Shown in pieces: positions 23,701 through 36,900 of a stretch of 64,000 bases of DNA. The notes beneath the pieces were generated by a model. That model was not told where the DNA came from. It made no database searches and saw nothing but the letters and a program-made list of their open reading frames with translations. Each line of letters begins with the position of its first letter. Positions within the stretch are counted from its first letter, which is position 1. The stretch comes from Scyliorhinus canicula (taxonomy: Eukaryota). The stretch is taken from assembly GCF_902713615.1 (NCBI RefSeq), contig NC_052158.1, positions 32,405,990 through 32,469,989 on the forward strand. Reading direction: 5' to 3'. The position numbers were made by a program, and so were the translations under genes.

Positions 23701-26135
23701 GTGTGGAGATGCCGGCGTTGGGCTAGGGTGAGCACAGTAAGAAGTCTTACAACACCAAGTTAAAGTCCAACAGGTTTGTTTCAAACACGAGCTTTCGGAG
23801 CGCAGCTCCTTCTTCAGGTGAATGAAGAGGTATGTTCCAGAAACATAAATATGGACAAAGTCAAAGATGCCAGATAATGCCTGGAATGCGAGCATTTGCA
23901 GGTAATTAAATCTTTACAGATGCAGAGATAGGGGTAACCCCAGGTTAAAGAGGTGTGAATTGTCTCAAGCCAGGACAGTTGGTAGGATTTTGCAAGCCCA
24001 GGCCAGATGGTGGTGGATGAATGTAATGCAACATGAATCCCAGGTCCCGGTTGAGGCCGCACTCATGTGTGTGGAACTTGGCTATAAGTTTCTACTCGGC
24101 GATTCTGCGTTGTCGCGCATCCCGAAGGCCGCCTTGGAGAACGCTTACCCGGAGATCAGAGGCTGAATGCCTTTGACTGCTGAAGTGTTCCCCAGACTGG
24201 AAGGGAACATTCCTGCCTAGTGATTGTCGCGCGATGTCTGCTCATTCATTGTCGCTGCGTCTGCATGGTCTCACCAATGTACCATACTTCGGGACATCCT
24301 TTCCTGCAGCGTATGAGGTAGACAACATTGGCCGAGTCCCACGAGTATGTGCCGTGTACCTGGTGGGTGGTGTTCTCACGTGTAATGGTGGTATCCATGT
24401 CGATGATCTGGCATGTCTTGCAGAGTTTGCCATAGTAGGGTTGTGTGGTGTCGTGGTCTCGGTTCTGAAGGCTGGGTAGTTTGCTGCAAACAATGGCTTG
24501 TTTGAGGTTGCGCGGTTGTTTGAAGGCAATTAGTGGGGGTGTGGGGATGACCTTGGCAAGTTGTTCATCTTCATCGATGATGTGTGAAGTCTGTGAAGAA
24601 GGTGTCGTAGTTTCTCCACTCCGGGAAAGTACTGGACGACGAAGGTTGGTTGTGTCCCGTGTTTGTCTTCTGAGGAGGTTGCTGTGGTTTTTTGCTGTGG
24701 CGCGTTGGAACTGTTGATCGATGAGTCGAGCGACATATCCCGTTCGTACAAGGGCATCTTTCAGCATCTGTAGATGTCGTTATGCTCCTGTCGTCTGAAC
24801 AGATCCTGTGTATACAGAGGGCTTGTCCATAGTGGATGGCTTCTTTAACATGTTTAGGGTAGAAGCTGTAGAAGTGGAGCATCGTGAGGTTATTCATGGG
24901 CTTGTGGTAAAGCGAAGCGCTGAGGTGACCGTCCTTGATGGAGATGAGTGTGTCCAAGAAGGCAACTGCTTTTGGAGAGTAGTCCATGGTGAGTCTGATG
25001 GTGGGATGGAACTTATTGATGTCATCGTGTAGTCGTTTCAGTGATTCTTCGCCGTGGGTCCAAAGGAAAAAAATGTCATTGATGTATCTGGTGTATAACG
25101 TCGGTTGAAGGTCCTGTGCGGTGAGGAGGTCTTGTTCAACCTTGTCCATGAAGATGTTGGCATATTGAGGTGCGAATTTGGTCCCCATGGCAGTTCTGGG
25201 CATCTGGATGAAGAACTTGTTGTCGAAGGTGAAGACGTTGTGTTCCAGAATGAAGAGGATGAGTTGCAGAATTGCATCTGGAGATTGGCAGTTGTCGGTG
25301 TTGAGTACTGAGGCTGTTGCAGCAATGCCGTCATCATGGGGGATGCTGGTGTAGAGTGCCGAGACATAATGTTCCTGGTTGTTGAGTCGGGATACTTCTT
25401 TGCAGTCGTCCGTTCTGTTCAGTATGACGGTGGCCCCTCCTTTGTCTGCTGGTTTGATGACGATGTTGCGGTTGGTCTTCAGAGCGTGGATAGCGTTGCG
25501 TTGTGCTTGGCTGACGTTCAGGACTGTCTTGTGAATGCAACTGATGAATGTGGCATTGACACGACTCCTGACGGCTTGAGTATACATGTCGAGTCTCGGG
25601 CACAGGACTTACGGAGGGGTCCAATCCGACTCTTTCCTCTTCGGTTGCCGCACTGCAGATCTCTCGGTCTCCTTTTCCGGTTCATTGGTAGTCTCCTTGG
25701 GTTCGCTGTCGGCCTTTTGGGGTCTGTGGAAGAATTCCCGGAGCCTCATTCGCCTGATGAATTCCTCCATGTCTGCCGCGAGACTGATGGGGTCCATTTT
25801 GCTGGTGGTGCAGAAATTGAGCCCTCTTCTGAGGACTTCGATTTCGTCTGGTGAAGTGTGTAGTCCGACAAGTTGGCAATAGGTTTCCCTGTATTGTTTT
25901 CTACTGTGGTACCGGGGAGGCTTGGTTGCTGCTGGTGCTGATGCCGAGTTTCTCAAGCTTCCTGTTCTTGGTGTGCATATAGGTGGCATAGTATCGTTGT
26001 CTCATCTGTGTGGCGGTGTTCCGCAGCTGGTCTGCTGCGTCCTGAGCGCGAGTTGAGAATATGGCCTCTTTCTTGATTTCCACGTTGCATTGTCTGCTGT
26101 AGAGCTGGAGTACGAGGTCACAGTCAATTCTGGTC
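23701..26135 (-). mobile_element. Penelope-like retroelement (RT + GIY-YIG endonuclease), decayed and 5' truncated
   Basis: SALYTSIPH, AMGTKFAPQYANIFM, RYINDIF (RT, with an internal deletion near 25350); VVYLIRC...WYIGET (GIY-YIG); pseudo-LTR tail at ~23701-23990. Confidence 0.92.
23780..23826 (-). ncRNA. Minimal type I hammerhead ribozyme in the Penelope pseudo-LTR
   Basis: UUCAUUCAC-CUGAAGA-A-GGAGC-UGC-GCUCC-GAAA-GCUC-GUGUUUGAA: core CUGANGA...GAAA, 5-bp stem II, palindromic AGCU stem III, stem I CAC/GUG. Confidence 0.75.
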
Positions 26136-27086
26136 ACAGCGTTTCAGGAAGGATGTCAAGGTCTTGAACAGGGTGCAGAGGAGATTTGCTGAAATATGAT
26201 TGGATGAGGGACTGATGTCTTCCAATGGGTCTGTTCAATGTGTTGAGGAAATCATACCTTTCAGAATTATTGTATTGAAAATATGGAAATATATTGCATC
26301 ATCCAGATGCTGATCTGGAGATTTTTTCAAAGAAAGTTATGAGTTCACCTTGCACTGGGAACAAGTCTGCCTTCACCTGACCTGCCTGGTACTTGAGGAC
26401 TGTTTGTTTGTTTGTTTGTTTTGAACCTGGAATCACTTTAATTGATGAGGGGAAAAACTGAAAAGCAAAGATTAGTGAGTTGCTGCAAATCACAGAGCAG
26501 GGACAAACGGTACCCGACCTGATTCTCTCCCTCCCTCTGCCTCTGTCTGCTTTGCCTAACGTTGGGTGTGGTTCACAACCTGCTGCCAGCGAATCCTCAT
26601 CTGAGTGTAACTTATTTGCATTTTGGACCTGGAAAGCTGAAACAAAACAAATTGGTGCCTCTCTACATTACCTCCACACCAAACTTTGTTGATGTGAAAC
26701 TCCTGACATCATGAGGCAACACCAGCTCAACAGCGTTGGACCCCGACAAACTTTATCCTTTATTTTATAATGCCTATCCTCTGAAGCCCATAGATGCAGA
26801 GTGACCCTATCCGTTTGTTCTTTGTGTGGGTGTGGCAATGATAACCGTTCATGGAGATGGGCTGAATATTTTTCAGTCTATCCTTCAGTAACAGCATCCC
26901 ACTCTCTGATACTGTAGAAGGGAAATAGAGAGGGCAAAGCGAGAGAAAACTCATTGTGAGTTAGGGCTGTGAGACACAGATGGTCAAACAAAGTATTGGT
27001 TCCAGGAAACATTGCAATGTCTGTTTTTCACCAAGAAAAGTTCTATCAAAGAGACAGAAGATACAGTCCTGTTCCTCATTGACATT

Positions 27087-27929
27087 AGACGCGATTCACT
27101 GGCCTCACTGTGCTCGAGTGAGACCACGACGATACCGGTGAACAGCAGGAGAGGCCACAATGAGAACTGCTCTGGCGCCAAACCATTTGCGATGTAACCG
27201 GCCCGTTTCCGCAGGCGAAATGGGGATCCCACCGGAGCGTGGCGAGAAACCAATAATCACCACTTAAGCCCCATTTCCATACAATTAACGGAAGCCACCT
27301 CATATCCAACGGCCTCCCGTGATCTAATCACATTCCCAGCATCTGGCCATGTGGGTGCTGATTAGTACTTTCTAGTTTTTAAAAACGTGCTCCTGGCGGA
27401 TGGGCTGCTGCTGCTGGGACCCGAGGAGGTGAGGGGTTATCTTTGCTCACTGGCAGTGAACCCGGGAGCACTGGGCCTGCTGCTCCTGTGCTGAGAGGTG
27501 GGTTGGGGCAGCAACGGGGGGGAGGGGGGGGGGGGGGGTCCAGCCAAATGGGGTGGGCTGCCTTCGGGTGGGGCGGATAGGGCCACCGCGGGTGGGTCCA
27601 TCATACCAACCCCTGGATTGTGTGCGCCCATTCCCGGAGCAACCCCAGTCCCTGCCTGTCTGCCCCACCGACCACCCATAACTCCCACTGACCGCAGAGC
27701 GTCTGGCTGCAAGGCTGAAGGCTATTGCTAATAGGAATTGGCAATCGGAGTTAAGTCAGCACTGCACACATCCCAAGTGGATTCCCATGGGTAGGTGTGC
27801 CATGTAGCACGTGGGATTTATTGCCAAGCATCCCAATCAGATGGTGATGCCTGGACACTGAGCCTCAACACCCAGGGAGGCAAAACCACAGATGCAGCAG
27901 CCAATATCCGAACACCCAGGGGATGGGCT
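27087..27929. mobile_element. GC-rich non-autonomous DNA transposon fragment (left end only)
   Basis: Begins GACGCGATTC (resembles the GGGCGCAATTC TIR at 60447) exactly where paralogy to 63144-63321 stops; no right end found. Confidence 0.45.
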
Positions 27930-30900
27930 GCAATCATCCAGCAGAGGGCAGCAGAGCAGAGCTACTGATCAGCTGTTCTGGGGAAATTTGCATACGTGCA
28001 GTGCGGTCAGCCTAAGTTGAAGGTGAATCTGCGAAGAAGACCCGAGGAGTTTGAGTGAAGGCAATCATCCAGCAGAGGGCAGCAGAGCAGAGCTACTGAT
28101 CAGCTGTTCTGGGGAAATTTGCATACGTGCAGTGCGGTCAGCCTAAGTTGAAGGTGAATCTGCGAAGAAGACCCGAGGAGTTTGAGTGAAGGCAATCATC
28201 CAGCAGAGGGCAGCAGAGCAGAGCTACTGATCAGCTGTTCTGGGGAAATTTGCATACGTGCAGTGCGGTCAGCCTAAGTTGAAGGTGAATCTGCGAAGAA
28301 GACCCGAGGAGTTTGAGTGAAGGCAATCATCCAGCAGAGGGCAGCAGAGCAGAGCTACTGATCAGCTGTTCTGGGGAAATTTGCATACGTGCAGTGCGGT
28401 CAGCCTAAGTTGAAGGTGAATCTGCGAAGAAGACCCGAGGAGTTTGAGTGAAGGCAATCATCCAGCAGAGGGCAGCAGAGCAGAGCTACTGATCAGCTGT
28501 TCTGGGGAAATTTGCATACGTGCAGTGCGGTCAGCCTAAGTTGAAGGTGAATCTGCGAAGAAGACCCGAGGAGTTTGAGTGAAGGCAATCATCCAGCAGA
28601 GGGCAGCAGAGCAGAGCTACTGATCAGCTGTTCTGGGGAAATTTGCATACGTGCAGTGCGGTCAGCCTAAGTTTGAAGGTGAATCTGCGAAGAAGACCCG
28701 AGGAGTTTGAGTGAAGGCAATCATCCAGCAGAGGGCAGCAGAGCAGAGCTACTGATCAGCTGTTCTGGGGAAATTTGCATACGTGCAGTGCGGTCAGCCT
28801 AAGTTGAGGGTGAATCTGCGAAGAAGACCCGAGGAGTTTGAGTGAAGGCAATCATCCAGCAGAGGGCAGCAGAGCAGAGCTACTGATCAGCTGTTCTGGG
28901 GAAATTTGCATACGTGCAGTGCGGTCAGCCTAAGTTGAAGGGTGAATCTGCGAAGAAGACCCGAGGAGTTTGAGTGAAGGCAATCATCCAGCAGAGGGCA
29001 GCAGAGCAGAGCTACTGATCAGCTGTTCTGGGGAAATTTGCATACGTGCAGTGCGGTCAGCCTAAGTTGAAGGTGAATCTGCGAAGAAGACCCGAGGAGT
29101 TTGAGTGAAGGCAATCATCCAGCAGAGGGCAGCAGAGCAGAGCTACTGATCAGCTGTTCTGGGGAAATTTGCATACGTGCAGTGCGGTCAGCCTAAGTTG
29201 AGGGTGAATCTGCGAAGAAGACCCGAGGAGTTTGAGTGAAGGCAATCATCCAGCAGAGGGCAGCAGAGCAGAGCTACTGATCAGCTGTTCTGGGGAAATT
29301 TGCATACGTGCAGTGCGGTCAGCCTAAGTTGAGGTGAATCTGCGAAGAAGACCCGAGGAGTTTGAGTGAAGGCAATCATCCAGCAGAGGGCAGCAGAGCA
29401 GAGCTACTGATCAGCTGTTCTGGGGAAATTTGCATACGTGCAGTGCGGTCAGCCTAAGTTGAAGGGTGAATCTGCGAAGAAGACCCGAGGAGTTTGAGTG
29501 AAGGCAATCATCCAGCAGAGGGCAGCAGAGCAGAGCTACTGATCAGCTGTTCTGGGGAAATTTGCATACGTGCAGTGCGGTCAGCCTAAGTTGAGGGTGA
29601 ATCTGCGAAGAAGACCCGAGGAGTTTGAGTGAAGGCAATCATCCAGCAGAGGGCAGCAGAGCAGAGCTACTGATCAGCTGTTCTGGGGAAATTTGCATAC
29701 GTGCAGTGCGGTCAGCCTAAGTTGAGGGTGAATCTGCGAAGAAGACCCGAGGAGTTTGAGTGAAGGCAATCATCCAGCAGAGGGCAGCAGAGCAGAGCTA
29801 CTGATCAGCTGTTCTGGGGAAATTTGCATACGTGCAGTGCGGTCAGCCTAAGTTGAGGGTGAATCTGCGAAGAAGACCCGAGGAGTTTGAGTGAAGGCAA
29901 TCATCCAGCAGAGGGCAGCAGAGCAGAGCTACTGATCAGCTGTTCTGGGGAAATTTGCATACGTGCAGTGCGGTCAGCCTAAGTTGAGGGTGAATCTGCG
30001 AAGAAGACCCGAGGAGTTTGAGTGAAGGCAATCATCCAGCAGAGGGCAGCAGAGCAGAGCTACTGATCAGCTGTTCTGGGGAAATTTGCATACGTGCAGT
30101 GCGGTCAGCCTAAGTTGAAGGTGAATCTGCGAAGAAGACCCGAGGAGTTTGAGTGAAGGCAATCATCCAGCAGAGGGCAGCAGAGCAGAGCTACTGATCA
30201 GCTGTTCTGGGGAAATTTGCATACGTGCAGTGCGGTCAGCCTAAGTTGAAGGTGAATCTGCGAAGAAGACCCGAGGAGTTTGAGTGAAGGCAATCATCCA
30301 GCAGAGGGCAGCAGAGCAGAGCTACTGATCAGCTGTTCTGGGGAAATTTGCATACGTGCAGTGCGGTCAGCCTAGTTGAAGGTGAATCTGCGAAGAAGAC
30401 CCGAGGAGTTTGAGTGAAGGCAATCATCCAGCAGAGGGCAGCAGAGCAGAGCTACTGATCAGCTGTTCTGGGGAAATTTGCATACGTGCAGTGCGGTCAG
30501 CCTAGTTGAAGGTGAATCTGCGAAGAAGACCCGAGGAGTTTGAGTGAAGGCAATCATCCAGCAGAGGGCAGCAGAGCAGAGCTACTGATCAGCTGTTCTG
30601 GGGAAATTTGCATACGTGCAGTGCGGTCAGCCTAAGTTGAAGGTGAATCTGCGAAGAAGACCCGAGGAGTTTGAGTTAAGGCAATCATCCAGCAGAGGGC
30701 AGCAGAGCAGAGCTACTGATCAGCTGTTCTGGGGAAATTTGCATACGTGCAGTGCGGTCAGCCTAAGTTGAAGGTGAATCTGCGAAGAAGACCCGAGGAG
30801 TTTGAGTGAAGGCAATCATCCAGCAGAGGGCAGCAGAGCAGAGCTACTGATCAGCTGTTCTGGGGAAATTTGCATACGTGCAGTGCGGTCAGCCTAAGTT

Positions 30901-33900
30901 GAAGGTGAATCTGCGAAGAAGACCCGAGGAGTTTGAGTGAAGGCAATCATCCAGCAGAGGGCAGCAGAGCAGAGCTACTGATCAGCTGTTCTGGGGAAAT
31001 TTGCATACGTGCAGTGCGGTCAGCCTAAGTTGAAGGTGAATCTGCGAAGAAGACCCGTGGAGTTTGAGTGAAGGCAATCATCCAGCAGAGGGCAGCAGAG
31101 CAGAGCTACTGATCAGCTGTTCTGGGGAAATTTGCATACGTGCAGTGCGGTCAGCCTAAGTTGAAGGTGAATCTGCGAAGAAGACCCGAGGAGTTTGAGT
31201 GAAGGCAATCATCCAGCAGAGGGCAGCAGAGCAGAGCTACTGATCAGCTGTTCTGGGGAAATTTGCATACGTGCAGTGCGGTCAGCCTAAGTTGAGGGTG
31301 AATCTGCGAAGAAGACCCGAGGAGTTTGAGTGAAGGCAATCATCCAGCAGAGGGCAGCAGAGCAGAGCTACTGATCAGCTGTTCTGGGGAAATTTGCATA
31401 CGTGCAGTGCGGTCAGCCTAAGTTGAGGGTGAATCTGCGAAGAAGACCCGAGGAGTTTGAGTGAAGGCAATCATCCAGCAGAGGGCAGCAGAGCAGAGCT
31501 ACTGATCAGCTGTTCTGGGGAAATTTGCATACGTGCAGTGCGGTCAGCCTAAGTTGAAGGTGAATCTGCGAAGAAGACCCGAGGAGTTTGAGTGAAGGCA
31601 ATCATCCAGCAGAGGGCAGCAGAGCAGAGCTACTGATCAGCTGTTCTGGGGAAATTTGCATACGTGCAGTGCGGTCAGCCTAAGTTGAGGGTGAATCTGC
31701 GAAGAAGACCCGAGGAGTTTGAGTGAAGGCAATCATCCAGCAGAGGGCAGCAGAGCAGAGCTACTGATCAGCTGTTCTGGGGAAATTTGCATACGTGCAG
31801 TGCGGTCAGCCTAAGTTGAGGGTGAATCTGCGAAGAAGACCCGAGGAGTTTGAGTGAAGGCAATCATCCAGCAGAGGGCAGCAGAGCAGAGCTACTGATC
31901 AGCTGTTCTGGGGAAATTTGCATACGTGCAGTGCGGTCAGCCTAAGTTGAGGGTGAATCTGCGAAGAAGACCCGAGGAGTTTGAGTGAAGGCAATCATCC
32001 AGCAGAGGGCAGCAGAGCAGAGCTACTGATCAGCTGTTCTGGGGAAATTTGCATACGTGCAGTGCGGTCAGCCTAAGTTGAGGGTGAATCTGCGAAGAAG
32101 ACCCGAGGAGTTTGAGTGAAGGCAATCATCCAGCAGAGGGCAGCAGAGCAGAGCTACTGATCAGCTGTTCTGGGGAAATTTGCATACGTGCAGTGCGGTC
32201 AGCCTAAGTTGAGGGTGAATCTGCGAAGAAGACCCGAGGAGTTTGAGTGAAGGCAATCATCCAGCAGAGGGCAGCAGAGCAGAGCTACTGATCAGCTGTT
32301 CTGGGGAAATTTGCATACGTGCAGTGCGGTCAGCCTAAGTTGAGGGTGAATCTGCGAAGAAGGCCCGAGGAGTTTGAGTGAAGGCAATCATCCAGCAGAG
32401 GGCAGCAGAGCAGAGCTACTGATCAGCTGTTCTGGGGAAATTTGCATACGTGCAGTGCGGTCAGCCTAAGTTGAGGGTGAATCTGCGAAGAAGACCCGAG
32501 GAGTTTGAGTGAAGGCAATCATCCAGCAGAGGGCAGCAGAGCAGAGCTACTGATCAGCTGTTCTGGGGAAATTTGCATACGTGCAGTGCGGTCAGCCTAA
32601 GTTGAGGGTGAATCTGCGAAGAAGACCCGAGGAGTTTGAGTGAAGGCAATCATCCAGCAGAGGGCAGCAGAGCAGAGCTACTGATCAGCTGTTCTGGGGA
32701 AATTTGCATACGTGCAGTGCGGTCAGCCTAAGTTGAGGGTGAATCTGCGAAGAAGACCCGAGGAGTTTGAGTGAAGGCAATCATCCAGCAGAGGGCAGCA
32801 GAGCAGAGCTACTGATCAGCTGTTCTGGGGAAATTTGCGTACGTGCAGTGCGGTCAGCCTAAGTTGAGGGTGAATCTGCGAAGAAGACCCGAGGAGTTTG
32901 AGTGAAGGCAATCATCCAGCAGAGGGCAGCAGAGCTACTGATCAGCTGTTCTGGGGAAATTTGCATACGTGCAGTGCGGTCAGCCTAAGTTGAGGGTGAA
33001 TCTGCGAAGAAGACCCGAGGAGTTTGAGTGAAGGCAATCATCCAGCAGAGGGCAGCAGAGCAGAGCTACTGATCAGCTGTTCTGGGGAAATTTGCATACG
33101 TGCAGTGCGGTCAGCCTAAGTTGAGGGTGAATCTGCGAAGAAGACCCGAGGAGTTTGAGTGAAGGCAATCATCCAGCAGAGGGCAGCAGAGCAGAGCTAC
33201 TGATCAGCTGTTCTGGGGAAATTTGCATACGTGCAGTGCGGTCAGCCTAAGTTGAGGGTGAATCTGCGAAGAAGACCCGAGGAGTTTGAGTGAAGGCAAT
33301 CATCCAGCAGAGGGCAGCAGAGCAGAGCTACTGATCAGCTGTTCTGGGGAAATTTGCATACGTGCAGTGCGGTCAGCCTAAGTTGAGGGTGAATCTGCGA
33401 AGAAGACCCGAGGAGTTTGAGTGAAGGCAATCATCCAGCAGAGGGCAGCAGAGCAGAGCTACTGATCAGCTGTTCTGGGGAAATTTGCATACGTGCAGTG
33501 CGGTCAGCCTAAGTTGAGGGTGAATCTGCGAAGAAGACCCGAGGAGTTTGAGTGAAGGCAATCATCCAGCAGAGGGCAGCAGAGCAGAGCTACTGATCAG
33601 CTGTTAAGGGGAAATTTGCATACGTGCAGTGCGGTCAGCCTAAGTTGAGGGTGAATCTGCGAAGAAGACCCGAGGAGTTTGAGTGAAGGCAATCATCCAG
33701 CAGAGGGCAGCAGAGCAGAGCTACTGATCAGCTGTTCTGGGGAAATTTGCATACGTGCAGTGCGGTCAGCCTAAGTTGAAGGTGAATCTGCGAAGAAGAC
33801 CCGAGGAGTTTGAGTGAAGGCAATCATCCAGCAGAGGGCAGCAGAGCAGAGCTACTGATCAGCTGTTCTGGGGAAATTTGCATACGTGCAGTGCGGTCAG

Positions 33901-36900
33901 CCTAAGTTGAGGGTGAATCTGCGAAGAAGACCCGAGGAGTTTGAGTGAAGGCAATCATCCAGCAGAGGGCAGCAGAGCAGAGCTACTGATCAGCTGTTCT
34001 GGGGAAATTTGCATACGTGCAGTGCGGTCAGCCTAAGTTGAGGGTGAATCTGCGAAGAAGACCCGAGGAGTTTGAGTGAAGGCAATCATCCAGCAGAGGG
34101 CAGCAGAGCAGAGCTACTGATCAGCTGTTCTGGGGAAATTTGCATACGTGCAGTGCGGTCAGCCTAAGTTGAGGGTGAATCTGCGAAGAAGACCCGAGGA
34201 GTTTGAGTGAAGGCAATCATCCAGCAGAGGGCAGCAGAGCAGAGCTACTGATCAGCTGTTCTGGGGAAATTTGCATACGTGCAGTGCGGTCAGCCTAAGT
34301 TGAGGGTGAATCTGCGAAGAAGACCCGAGGAGTTTGAGTGAAGGCAATCATCCAGCAGAGGGCAGCAGAGCAGAGCTACTGATCAGCTGTTCTGGGGAAA
34401 TTTGCATACGTGCAGTGCGGTCAGCCTAAGTTGAGGGTGAATCTGCGAAGAAGACCGAGGAGTTTGAGTGAAGGCAATCATCCAGCAGAGGGCAGCAGAG
34501 CAGAGCTACTGATCAGCTGTTCTGGGGAAATTTGCATACGTGCAGTGCGGTCAGCCTAAGTTGAGGGTGAATCTGCGAAGAAGACCCGAGGAGTTTGAGT
34601 GAAGGCAATCATCCAGCAGAGGGCAGCAGAGCAGAGCTACTGATCAGCTGTTCTGGGGAAATTTGCATACGTGCAGTGCGGTCAGCATAAGTTGAGGGTG
34701 AATCTGCGAAGAAGACCCGAGGAGTTTGAGTGAAGGCAATCATCCAGCAGAGGGCAGCAGAGCAGAGCTACTGATCAGCTGTTCTGGGGAAATTTGCATA
34801 CGTGCAGTGCGGTCAGCCTAAGTTGAGGGTGAATCTGCGAAGAAGACCCGAGGAGTTTGAGTGAAGGCAATCATCCAGCAGAGGGCAGCAGAGCAGAGCT
34901 ACTGATCAGCTGTTCTGGGGAAATTTGCATACGTGCAGTGCGGTCAGCCTAAGTTGAGGGTGAATCTGCGAAGAAGACCCGAGGAGTTGAGTGAAGGCAA
35001 TCATCCAGCAGAGGGCAGCAGAGCAGAGCTACTGATCAGCTGTTCTGGGGAAATTTGCATACGTGCAGTGCGGTCAGCCTAAGTTGAGGGTGAATCTGCG
35101 AAGAAGACCCGAGGAGTTTGAGTGAAGGCAATCATCCAGCAGAGGGCAGCAGAGCAGAGCTACTGATCAGCTGTTCTGGGGAAATTTGCATACGTGCAGT
35201 GCGGTCAGCCTAAGTTGAGGGTGAATCTGCGAAGAAGACCCGAGGAGTTTGAGTGAAGGCAATCATCCAGCAGAGGGCAGCAGAGCAGAGCTACTGATCA
35301 GCTGTTCTGGGGAAATTTGCATACGTGCAGTGCGGTCAGCCTAAGTTGAGGGTGAATCTGCGAAGAAGACCCGAGGAGTTTGAGTGAAGGCAATCATCCA
35401 GCAGAGGGCAGCAGAGCAGAGCTACTGATCAGCTGTTCTGGGGAAATTTGCATACGTGCAGTGCGGTCAGCCTAAGTTGAGGGTGAATCTGCGAAGAAGA
35501 CCCGAGGAGTTTGAGTGAAGGCAATCATCCAGCAGAGGGCAGCAGAGCAGAGCTACTGATCAGCTGTTCTGGGGAAATTTGCATACGTGCAGTGCGGTCA
35601 GCCTAAGTTGAGGGTGAATCTGCGAAGAAGACCCGAGGAGTTTGAGTGAAGGCAATCATCCAGCAGAGGGCAGCAGAGCAGAGCTACTGATCAGCTGTTC
35701 TGGGGAAATTTGCATACGTGCAGTGCGGTCAGCCTAAGTTGAGGGTGAATCTGCGAAGAAGACCCGAGGAGTTTGAGTGAAGGCAATCATCCAGCAGAGG
35801 GCAGCAGAGCAGAGCTACTGATCAGCTGTTCTGGGGAAATTTGCATACGTGCAGTGCGGTCAGCCTAAGTTGAGGGTGAATCTGCGAAGAAGACCCGAGG
35901 AGTTTGAGTGAAGGCAATCATCCAGCAGAGGGCAGCAGAGCAGAGCTACTGATCAGCTGTTCTGGGGAAATTTGCATACGTGCAGTGCGGTCAGCCTAAG
36001 TTGAGGGTGAATCTGCGAAGAAGACCCGAGGAGTTTGAGTGAAGGCAATCATCCAGCAGAGGGCAGCAGAGCAGAGCTACTGATCAGCTGTTCTGGGGAA
36101 ATTTGCATACGTGCAGTGCGGTCAGCATAAGTTGAGGGTGAATCTGCGAAGAAGACCCGAGGAGTTTGAGTGAAGGCAATCATCCAGCAGAGGGCAGCAG
36201 AGCAGAGCTACTGATCAGCTGTTCTGGGGAAATTTGCATACGTGCAGTGCGGTCAGCCTAAGTTGAGGGTGAATCTGCGAAGAAGACCCGAGGAGTTTGA
36301 GTGAAGGCAATCATCCAGCAGAGGGCAGCAGAGCAGAGCTACTGATCAGCTGTTCTGGGGAAATTTGCATACGTGCAGTGCGGTCAGCCTAAGTTGAGGG
36401 TGAATCTGCGAAGAAGACCCGAGGAGTTTGAGTGAAGGCAATCATCCAGCAGAGGGCAGCAGAGCAGAGCTACTGATCAGCTGTTCTGGGGAAATTTGCA
36501 TACGTGCAGTGCGGTCAGCCTAAGTTGAGGGTGAATCTGCGAAGAAGACCCGAGGAGTTTGAGTGAAGGCAATCATCCAGCAGAGGGCAGCAGAGCAGAG
36601 CTACTGATCAGCTGTTCTGGGGAAATTTGCATACGTGCAGTGCGGTCAGCCTAAGTTGAGGGTGAATCTGCGAAGAAGACCCGAGGAGTTTGAGTGAAGG
36701 CAATCATCCAGCAGAGGGCAGCAGAGCAGAGCTACTGATCAGCTGTTCTGGGGAAATTTGCATACGTGCAGTGCGGTCAGCCTAAGTTGAGGGTGAATCT
36801 GCGAAGAAGACCCGAGGAGTTTGAGTGAAGGCAATCATCCAGCAGAGGGCAGCAGAGCAGAGCTACTGATCAGCTGTTCTGGGGAAATTTGCATACGTGC

